Assembly (NCBI GenBank): GCA_039024635.1
Contig: JBCCQA010000001.1
Location: 206,484 to 270,483 of the forward strand
DNA: 64,000 nt
Source: Myxococcota bacterium
Lineage (GTDB): Bacteria; Myxococcota; Kuafuiibacteriia; Kuafuiibacteriales; Kuafuiibacteriaceae
Reading direction: 5' to 3'
Shown here: piece by piece, positions 57,278-64,000 of the stretch
Layout of the letters: each line of letters starts with the position of its first letter
How positions within the stretch are numbered: the stretch's first letter is position 1
Made by a program: the position numbers and the translations under genes
Notes under the pieces: generated by a model
The model's input: only the letters and a program-made list of their open reading frames with translations
The model's database searches: none
What the model was told of the DNA's origin: nothing

Positions 57278-58735
57278 GTGCGGTGGATCTCGCTCATGGG
57301 GCTGCTCACCGGCTGCAGCGCCGGGCTGGAGCCCGACGAGGCCCATGGCCCCCGACCCGCGCCTGCCCCCGTCGTCGCGCCCAGCGACCCAGGTCCATCG
57401 GCCGCTCGGCCCCACCCACCTCCCCCGGCGCGTATCGGTCGCTTGAGCCGGCAGGAGCTCGATGCCGCTGCGCGATCCTGGCTCGGAACGCTGCCCAACG
57501 ATTGGCCAGCTCTGCCCGTCGAATCCACCGACACCGGCTTTTCGACCGGAATGGGGCGATCCACGGTGGGCGAGGCCGAGGCCGTCGCGCTGGAGCGAAG
57601 GGCGCGCCTGATGGCGGAGGCCCTGGCTCCCTCGACCTGTGACGCCGACTGCGTTCGGAGCGCGGGCCGCCGAGCCTATCGTCGCATGCTCGAGGAGGTC
57701 GAGGTGCAGAGGCTGGTGGGCCTGCAAGGGACCCATGGTTCGCGGGCGGTGTTCGAAGCGCTGTTTCAGTCTCCCTACTTCCTGTTCCATGTAGAGCTCC
57801 CGGGCGCGGACGGCCGGCTCGACGATCACACGCGCGCGGCCGCGCTGGCCTTGGCGCTGTGGGGCGCGCCGCCGGACGACGCGCTCTCTGCTGCCGCCGA
57901 TGCTGGGACGCTCGACATGGCCTCCGAGATTCGACGCCTCCAGTCCGACCCTCGCTACCGGACCCACCTACGGCGCTTCGCCTGGGAGTGGCTCGGTCTG
58001 GACCGGCTTCAGCAGGCCGTCCGAGACCCCCTTCGTCATCCCGACTACGACCTCGCTGAGCTTGCATCCGAGGCCGAGGCTTGGTTGGCCACCTGGGCCC
58101 AAAAACCCGGCCTGCAGGCCCTCCTCACCGGTGACTGGGACCTTCCCGAGGATGGGCCCCGGGCCGGCATCCTCACCCACCCCGCTTTTCTTTCCACCTT
58201 TGCCAACGCCGAAGCGACTTCGCCCACTCGGCGCGGGATCGCGATCATGGAACGCCTCCTATGCGAAGAGGTCCGGGTCCCGCTCCCAGGTGAAGTGGAC
58301 ATGAGTTTGCCGCCCCCGGTCGCCGGTTTGACCACCCGCGCCCGCTTCGAAGCCTTGGCCAAGGACCCGCTCTGCAACAGCTGCCACGCCCGCTTCGATC
58401 CGATGGGCTTCGCCCTCGAAGCCTTCGACGAAGTCGGGGCCTGGCGCACCGAAGAGAACGGCGTCCCCATCGATTCTTCCGGTGCCCTGCTCTACGGCGG
58501 CGTGGAAGAACCGGTGGCAGGTGCGGTCGAGCTGGCCGAAGCCATCGCCGAGTCGACCGCGGCCCGGCGCTGCTTCGTCGAGAAGACTTTCCGTTGGTTT
58601 CTGCGTCGGACCCCTCGACCCATCGAAACACCCTTGCTCGACCAATGGGCGGAGGAGCTCGCCGAAGGGCGCGACCTCGACGGGCTGGTCTTTTCGATGC
58701 TGAGCCATCCGCTGCAGCAGGTGCGGGCCCCATGA
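57278..58735 (+). CDS. DUF1592/DUF1588-like protein (PSD-type partner of a DUF1552 protein); putative lipoprotein
   Basis: The GTG start gives VRWISLMGLLTGC (lipobox). The C-terminal CNSCHARFDPMGFALEAFDEVGAWRTEENG motif is characteristic of the DUF1588/1592 family. The call is from memory. Confidence 0.5.
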   Translation: MRWISLMGLLTGCSAGLEPDEAHGPRPAPAPVVAPSDPGPSAARPHPPPPARIGRLSRQELDAAARSWLGTLPNDWPALPVESTDTGFSTGMGRSTVGEAEAVALERRARLMAEALAPSTCDADCVRSAGRRAYRRMLEEVEVQRLVGLQGTHGSRAVFEALFQSPYFLFHVELPGADGRLDDHTRAAALALALWGAPPDDALSAAADAGTLDMASEIRRLQSDPRYRTHLRRFAWEWLGLDRLQQAVRDPLRHPDYDLAELASEAEAWLATWAQKPGLQALLTGDWDLPEDGPRAGILTHPAFLSTFANAEATSPTRRGIAIMERLLCEEVRVPLPGEVDMSLPPPVAGLTTRARFEALAKDPLCNSCHARFDPMGFALEAFDEVGAWRTEENGVPIDSSGALLYGGVEEPVAGAVELAEAIAESTAARRCFVEKTFRWFLRRTPRPIETPLLDQWAEELAEGRDLDGLVFSMLSHPLQQVRAP

Positions 58736-60180
58736 GCCTCCAGTTCGGACGCCGCCGGTTCCTGGGAGGAGCGGCGGGGCTTCTTGGGAGCACGCTGCTC
58801 CACCGCGCCCTACGGGCAGAAGAGCAGGGCGCACCTCGGAGGCTAGTGGTGCTCTTCACGCCCAACGGCACCCTGCGGGAGGAGTTCTGGCCCCGAGGTC
58901 CCTTCTCTCGGCCCGAAGAGGGGCTGGTGGCTGCACCCTCTTCACCTCGGGCCTGGCGCGACTTCGAGCTGGCGCCTTTGATGGCGCCTCTCGCGGCCCA
59001 TCGAAACGAAACCCAAATCGTTTGGGGACCTGGCTTGCCCCCTGACCAGTTCGTCGGCGGTGATCTGCCCGACGGGACGGAGCACGATCGGCTGGTCAAT
59101 GACGATGCGTACCGCGCGCTCAACATCACCGACCACAAGAACTACATCCTCCTCACGGGGAGGCTTCCCGCCGAAGTCGAGCTCGGCATGGGCCCGTCCA
59201 TCGACCAGCTCGTCGCAGATCGGATCGGGAGCGAGACCCTCCGCCAGTCCCTCGTCCTGTCCGGCACCCCCTACTTCGCCAATCGAAGAGGCTACGTGAG
59301 CTTCGGGACCGATGGGGCGCCCATCCCCGCCATCGTCGATCCCATCGACGCCCATCAGTTCGTGTTCGGGGACTGGACGGGAGGCGAGCCGGTCCTGGAG
59401 TCCTTGCAACGTCGACGCAGCGTCCTCGACCACGTCGCTTCGGACATCGGCGCCCTGCGGTCCCGGCTCCCCGCTGCGCAACGGGACAAGCTGGAGGCGC
59501 ATCTGGGAAGCATTCGACGGCTGGAGTCGAGCCTGGAGCAGCTCGCCCTGGCCAAGGGGGCCTGTACGCCGGGCACGCCCGGATCAGGGGTGGGCTACAT
59601 CGAAGCGAACGAGGCCCACTTGGAGCTGATTGCGAGCAGCTTTGCCTGTGACTTGAGCCGCGTTGCATGTCTGCAGTTCGCGATGAGTGGCGCGGACGGC
59701 GTCCAGGTGGACTGGTTAGAGGGCTTCGACGTGGTCGGGGCCCACGGTCTGGCCCATCAGAGCGCGGCCTTGGACCTGCCCGAGGGCATCGACGAGGCTG
59801 AAGCCTCCGCCTTGGTCGAGAGTCGTCGTGCCCAGTGGCGGGCCTTGAGTCTTCAGCACGCAGAGATGATCTCGGCCTTTCTTGAGCGCCTAAAGGGCAT
59901 TCCGGACGTGGACGGGCGGAGCGTCTTCGACAACACCCTCGTCCTCTGGATCCAGGAGATGGAGGAAGGCGATCATTGGGACCGCTCCCAGCTCCCCATC
60001 GTGCTCTTCGGATCTGGAGGTGAGGTCTTCGAGACGGGTCAGGTGTTGAGGACCGACAACCGCACCCCCTACAACGATCTCTTGCTCACCATCGCCCGCG
60101 GCTTTGGGGTTCAGGCCGAGCGCTTTGGAGATCCGCGATTCGGCACCGGCGAAGACATGGCCGAGCTGCTGCGGGCCTGA
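58732..60180 (+). CDS. DUF1552-like protein with twin-arginine (Tat) signal
   Basis: The ATG overlaps the upstream stop (ATGA). The Tat motif is MSLQFGRRRFLGGAAGLLGS. The family is typically paired with DUF1592 proteins. Confidence 0.55.
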   Translation: MSLQFGRRRFLGGAAGLLGSTLLHRALRAEEQGAPRRLVVLFTPNGTLREEFWPRGPFSRPEEGLVAAPSSPRAWRDFELAPLMAPLAAHRNETQIVWGPGLPPDQFVGGDLPDGTEHDRLVNDDAYRALNITDHKNYILLTGRLPAEVELGMGPSIDQLVADRIGSETLRQSLVLSGTPYFANRRGYVSFGTDGAPIPAIVDPIDAHQFVFGDWTGGEPVLESLQRRRSVLDHVASDIGALRSRLPAAQRDKLEAHLGSIRRLESSLEQLALAKGACTPGTPGSGVGYIEANEAHLELIASSFACDLSRVACLQFAMSGADGVQVDWLEGFDVVGAHGLAHQSAALDLPEGIDEAEASALVESRRAQWRALSLQHAEMISAFLERLKGIPDVDGRSVFDNTLVLWIQEMEEGDHWDRSQLPIVLFGSGGEVFETGQVLRTDNRTPYNDLLLTIARGFGVQAERFGDPRFGTGEDMAELLRA

Positions 60181-60186
60181 TCCCCT

Positions 60187-61416
60187 TCACGCCTCGAACT
60201 CGAAGCCGACATCGCTCTCGTTGAGGCGCTCGACCAGCTCTGTCCCCATGGCGGTGGCTGGGGTTAGGACGCCGCCCGACCCCGGCGTCGCGGGCTGAGC
60301 GGCGAGACAGATCGCCGATTCGGACAGCATGCAGGCGGTGGCGCCGTAGCCCGGATCCCTGCGACCGGTCACGGTGACGCGGGCGAACTCTCGGCCCTCT
60401 CGACGACCCGAGAGCAGGATCTTGAAGAAGCCCGATTCGATGGCCTCCGGACTGGGTCCCTCTCCTGCCGACGGCAAAAACGTCTTCTGCATCAGGGTTC
60501 GAACCGGCGGAAGCGCCATCCCCCCGAGGAAGGCCCCCAGGCCCGCAACGAAAGCCGTGGCCTTGGCTCGACCCGCGAGCCCCGACCCGAAGCGCATTAC
60601 TTCGTCGTACCTGAAGTCGCGTCCGTAGGCCCATCCGGTGAGGGCGTGGCTTCGGCGCACGACCCGGGTGTTCACCGCCGCCATCAGGAAGGGGCCCGTC
60701 CACCATCCGCTGACTTCGTCGTAGGCGGCACCCATCTGATCGCCCCGGTCAGGGCCGCGACGTTCCCCTTCTGGATTCAGCGCGTAGGGGTGGCCGACCC
60801 GCTTCCGAGTCTCGGGGTCACGTACGGCCTCGATCATCATGGCCATGCTCTCCAGGGTTCCGCCACTGAAGCCTCCCTTGCCTCCCAGGAGGATGAACTT
60901 CACGTGCTCGCAGGGCGCTTCGCCTCGGGCCTGAAGGCCATTTTGAAGGACGAAGACGCCAAGGTCGCTCGGGATGGAGTCAAAGCCGCAGGCATGGACG
61001 ATTCGGGCTCCGCTGCTCCGAGCCGCTTCGTGGTGCTGCTCGATCATGTCCCTCATGAAGGCGACCTCTCCGGTCAGGTCGCAGTAGTGGGTCGCCTCCG
61101 CGACGCAGGCTGCGACGAGCTCGGCCCCGTACCGAGCGTAGGGTCCGACCGTCGTAGCCACCGCTCGGGTTTGCTGGGCCATGGTCCGCAGGCTCGAGGG
61201 ATCCTTGGAGTCGGCGACCAGAAGTCCGTCGGGTGGTCGCCCGCTCAAGCCCTTTCGGATACCTGCTAGCTTCTCCTCGCTTCGTCCTGCTATGGCCCAG
61301 CGAAGGGAGGACGGGGCGTTTCGGCTCAGATAGTCGGCGACGAGTCGGCCCGTGAAGCCGGTGGCGCCGAAGACGACCACGTCAAAGGAGCGCTCGGCGC
61401 CAGCAGGGGTGCTCAT
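60187..61416 (-). CDS. Saccharopine dehydrogenase-like NAD(P)-binding oxidoreductase
   Basis: The N-terminus FDVVVFGATGFTGRLVADYL (Rossmann), the length (409 aa) and overall similarity fit the saccharopine dehydrogenase/Sacchrp_dh_NADP family. Confidence 0.8.
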   Translation of the reverse strand: MSTPAGAERSFDVVVFGATGFTGRLVADYLSRNAPSSLRWAIAGRSEEKLAGIRKGLSGRPPDGLLVADSKDPSSLRTMAQQTRAVATTVGPYARYGAELVAACVAEATHYCDLTGEVAFMRDMIEQHHEAARSSGARIVHACGFDSIPSDLGVFVLQNGLQARGEAPCEHVKFILLGGKGGFSGGTLESMAMMIEAVRDPETRKRVGHPYALNPEGERRGPDRGDQMGAAYDEVSGWWTGPFLMAAVNTRVVRRSHALTGWAYGRDFRYDEVMRFGSGLAGRAKATAFVAGLGAFLGGMALPPVRTLMQKTFLPSAGEGPSPEAIESGFFKILLSGRREGREFARVTVTGRRDPGYGATACMLSESAICLAAQPATPGSGGVLTPATAMGTELVERLNESDVGFEFEA

Positions 61417-61465
61417 GGGGGCTCGCTATCTCAGGAGCGGCCCAGGGGACAGGAATGACCCCCAA

Positions 61466-61500
61466 AACGCCAAAAGGCCGCTCGGGGCGGCCTTTTGGAG
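61466..61500. terminator. Perfect hairpin (AAAAGGCCGC-tcggg-GCGGCCTTTT) flanked by A/T runs on both strands; candidate bidirectional terminator
   Basis: The 10-bp perfect stem is read directly. It lies upstream of the saccharopine DH start and downstream of the small zinc-ribbon ORF and GST on the minus strand. Confidence 0.4.
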
Positions 61501-61532
61501 CAGGTCGAGCAGTCTCGCTCGAAACCGAAGCT

Positions 61533-61712
61533 TCAGGAGGGTTGAGCGTCCCGCTTGCTCAGGCATTCCATGCACAGCAACTGCACGCCCGGAGGAGGCT
61601 TAGCCGGCACCCGCTCCTCTTTCCCGCACTCGCTGCAGGTTGCTCGGAAATTGCTGGTCCGGAACTTCACCGAACGTCCACCTCTTCGTCCGCCGCTTCG
61701 CTTTCTCGCCAT
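61533..61712 (-). CDS. Small (59 aa) basic zinc-ribbon protein, not in the supplied ORF track (below its length cutoff)
   Basis: Hand translation gives MARKRSGGRRGGRSVKFRTSNFRATCSECGKEERVPAKPPPGVQLLCMECLSKRDAQPS. It has CxxC-x17-CxxC plus an Arg/Gly-rich N-terminus and lies between GST and the hairpin terminator. Confidence 0.35.
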   Translation of the reverse strand: MARKRSGGRRGGRSVKFRTSNFRATCSECGKEERVPAKPPPGVQLLCMECLSKRDAQPS

Positions 61713-61942
61713 TCTGTCTGCCTATCTCCTTCGTACTCTGTGTTGCGCCACACCACCGGGCGGCGTCAGATGACGCCTGGGAAGCCCCGCTTGTTCCAGG
61801 TTCGTCCAAACTGGCGAAAAACCCGGTGTGGGAGCACCTCGCTCAGAGCCGCGAGGCAGTCCGGAACGCGCGTAAAGTAGTCACGCACGCAACAAAGTCA
61901 AGCGGAGAGCTGCGGGATCGCTTCGGACGAAAGTTCACTCGC

Positions 61943-62512
61943 TCAACGATCGGCTGGCGGCATGGTTTCGACGAAGGAAGGGCGTTGGGCCAAGCGACTG
62001 AATAGATCGGCAAGCTCGCCCCTTTGCTCACGCCAGAGCACCTCCGGCAGTCGAAAGTCGATGTATCCGAGGGCACAGCCAAAGGCGAGGGCACCAACGG
62101 AGATGGGCGTTTCCACAGAAAAGATCGGACGGGTCTGGAGGCTTCGTACGATCTTCAGGGTCTGACGCTCGATCCAGTCTTCGCTTCGGGTCTGCACGGG
62201 GCGACGACGCTCCATCACGATGGCGACCCCTGCGTCCATGATCCCGTCAGCCTCGGCCTCCAGGACGCGATCCTCGAGGGTGCGACGCCCGTCCTCCCCC
62301 TGCCCGAGGTGCTGAACGATGACCCGGCTGTCCACGATGGAGCGCAGGCCGTCCAGCAAACAGGGAACCCTGCCAAGTGGATGGGCTTCGAGCAGCCGGG
62401 AATCGTCCTCCAGGGGAGAGACTGGGGTCTCGGTCAGGACCAGGCCCCGCTCCCGGGCGAAGACCCGAACCTTCCGGGCGAAGGGCGAGGTCGGCGTCAT
62501 GAGCAGCTCCAT
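61943..62512 (-). CDS. Glutathione S-transferase family protein
   Basis: The N-terminal thioredoxin-like GST region (LLMTPTSPFARKVRVFARERGL...LGRVPCLLDG) is followed by a C-terminal helical domain. Length is 189 aa. Confidence 0.7.
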   Translation of the reverse strand: MELLMTPTSPFARKVRVFARERGLVLTETPVSPLEDDSRLLEAHPLGRVPCLLDGLRSIVDSRVIVQHLGQGEDGRRTLEDRVLEAEADGIMDAGVAIVMERRRPVQTRSEDWIERQTLKIVRSLQTRPIFSVETPISVGALAFGCALGYIDFRLPEVLWREQRGELADLFSRLAQRPSFVETMPPADR

Positions 62513-62551
62513 GGCGCCTGGCTTAGTGCAGCCGTGGGAAGAAGGACACTC

Positions 62552-62746
62552 TCAGTCGTTGAGGAGCCGCCAAGTCTGCCGCACTCGGGCCAAGAGCGGG
62601 GCCAGGCGCCGGCTCGGACCGAGGGTGGTCGGCACACGGCCGGACAGGGTCGCCCACCAGCTGCCGTCCTCACCTCGGACGATGGTGGCGATCGTGCGGC
62701 CTTCGTCCTCGACGAGGACGGGCTGTTCGACCTGGGCGGTGAGCAT
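62552..62746 (-). CDS. Small hypothetical protein (64 aa), paralog of the adjacent 72-aa ORF
   Basis: The internal start gives MLTAQVEQPVLVEDEGRTIATIVRGEDGSWWATLSGRVPTTLGPSRR.... It shares the DGxWWxTLxGxVxTTLGP core with its neighbour. Confidence 0.35.
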   Translation of the reverse strand: MLTAQVEQPVLVEDEGRTIATIVRGEDGSWWATLSGRVPTTLGPSRRLAPLLARVRQTWRLLND

Positions 62747-62855
62747 CCATGAAGAGCAACGATGGCGGGGAGAGCCTTGATTCCGAAGATGCGAAAATGG
62801 GGTGGATGGCCGGGGGAGACTCACCCTCGGTATGACGAGGCTGTCGTGCCTGGCT

Positions 62856-63074
62856 TCAGTCGTCCAGGGTCTGGAAATCGTCCGAGCTGTAGCGACGGTG
62901 GGCAGCTCGGGCTCGCTCGATGAGGTTGGTCGGGTCGGCGTCCGGGCCCAGGGTCGTCTCGACGGTGCCAATGAGCGTCAGCCACCACTCACCGTCGAAA
63001 CCAGGACGCAGGAAGCCGATCAGCTCTTCGTCATCGAAGATGGGCTTTCCCGTCGGCACCCGGCGAAGAGTCAT
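62856..63074 (-). CDS. Small hypothetical protein (72 aa), paralog of the adjacent 64-aa ORF
   Basis: The product is MTLRRVPTGKPIFDDEELIGFLRPGFDGEWWLTLIGTVETTLGPDADPTNLIERARAAHRRY.... No family was recognised. Confidence 0.4.
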   Translation of the reverse strand: MTLRRVPTGKPIFDDEELIGFLRPGFDGEWWLTLIGTVETTLGPDADPTNLIERARAAHRRYSSDDFQTLDD

Positions 63075-63144
63075 TTGGGTCGGGCCTCCTGGTCAATCCT
63101 GAGCAAAGGGAACCTGGCCTGCTCGCCAATCGCCGTCCCACGCG

Positions 63145-64000
63145 TCAGCATTCGACGAAGGTCACGGCGAGTCCCCCCAGAGCCGTTTCCTTGTACTTCG
63201 CGTGCATGTCGAAGCCGGTTTGGCGCATCGTCGAAATGGCCTGGTCGAGGCTGACCCGGTGGCTGCCGTCGCCCAGCAGGGCGAGCCTAGCCGCGCCGAT
63301 CGCCTTGACGGCCCCGAAGCCGTTTCGCTCGATGCAAGGTACCTGGACCAAGCCGCCGATCGGATCGCAGGTCAGGCCCAAGCTGTGCTCGATGGCGATC
63401 TCGGCAGCGTTCTCAATTTGAGCCGGGCTGCCGCCCATGAGCGCGCATAGCCCGCCCGCGGCCATGGAGGAAGCGGCCCCGACCTCGCCTTGGCAGCCCA
63501 CCTCGGCCCCGGAAATCGAGGCGTTCCGCTTGAAGAGGCTCCCGATGGCGGAGGCGGTGAGAAGGTAGTCCCGGGTGGCCTGCCGTCCCTGGGCCTCGGC
63601 CAACTCGAGCCGGGTGAAGTGGTAACGAAGGACAGCGGGGACAATGCCGGCCGCTCCGTTGGTGGGCGCGGTCACGACCTGCCCACCCGCCGCGTTCTCT
63701 TCGTTTACTGCCATCGCCCACAGATGAACGTAATCCATGTGGGTGACGGGACCCGCCGGGTCCTCGGGCGACCGGTCTTCGAGCCGCCGCATCAAGGTGG
63801 AGGCCCGACGACGAACCTCGAGCCCGCCCGGCAAGATCCCCTCCGTTCTCAGACCTCGGTCGATGCAGTCATTCATGACCTGACCGATTCGGGCCAGACC
63901 CGCATGGAGCTTGGCTTCGCTCCGCACTTCGAGCTCGTTGGCGGCCACCAGCGCTGCGATGCTCAGCCCCGAGTCCTTCGCCTGGGCGAGAAGTTCCGCC
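63145..64000 (-). CDS. sdaA: L-serine dehydratase (Fe-S, single-chain; C-terminal alpha part) - 5' end of the gene lies beyond the window end
   Basis: The C-terminal region matches L-serine ammonia-lyase alpha domain motifs ([41 protein letters not shown]). The ORF remains open to position 64000. Confidence 0.8.
   Translation of the reverse strand, partial: AELLAQAKDSGLSIAALVAANELEVRSEAKLHAGLARIGQVMNDCIDRGLRTEGILPGGLEVRRRASTLMRRLEDRSPEDPAGPVTHMDYVHLWAMAVNEENAAGGQVVTAPTNGAAGIVPAVLRYHFTRLELAEAQGRQATRDYLLTASAIGSLFKRNASISGAEVGCQGEVGAASSMAAGGLCALMGGSPAQIENAAEIAIEHSLGLTCDPIGGLVQVPCIERNGFGAVKAIGAARLALLGDGSHRVSLDQAISTMRQTGFDMHAKYKETALGGLAVTFVEC

Noticed and set aside
56954-57295. N-terminal 114 aa of the 593-aa plus ORF
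   Set aside because: It overlaps msrB on the opposite strand. A lipoprotein signal starting at 57278 gives a sensible start.

Overview
This is a 64-kb, very GC-rich (~68-70%) bacterial chromosomal segment. The gene content suggests a myxobacterium (Myxococcota): abundant lipoproteins, Ser/Thr kinases and pseudokinases, Cys-rich 'CDGxDNDCDG' repeat proteins, and a CsgA-like SDR. Coding density is high on both strands, and many long antisense ORFs are GC artefacts. Recognisable housekeeping genes include groES-groEL with a divergent pair of Hsp20 genes, aceE-aceF (pyruvate dehydrogenase E1/E2), glpK, malQ, msrB, mtnC and sdaA (partial). Also present are a saccharopine-dehydrogenase-like gene, a GST, an MFS transporter, a rhomboid protease, an STPK, a PAS histidine kinase with a response regulator, and a CBS-REC-REC regulator. 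No tRNA/rRNA, CRISPR array, transposase or integrase was recognised. The most unusual content is listed below. (1) Two adjacent, head-to-tail giant paralogous lipoprotein genes (9513-15866). Each encodes N-terminal Cys-rich MopE-like repeats, a putative beta-helix segment and a several-hundred-residue poly-Gly tract. (2) A ~130-bp tandem duplicated hairpin-bearing intergenic element (7147-7409) that supplies the 3' end of a VOC-family gene. (3) A low-GC (~55%) glycosyltransferase islet (16.7-17.9 kb). (4) A translationally coupled DUF1592-like / Tat-signal DUF1552-like pair. (5) Two tandem small paralogous ORFs, and an unlisted 59-aa zinc-ribbon ORF in a 500-bp gap. (6) Two kinase-fold pseudokinases. 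All functional calls rest on motif-level recognition by eye and need homology searches to confirm.
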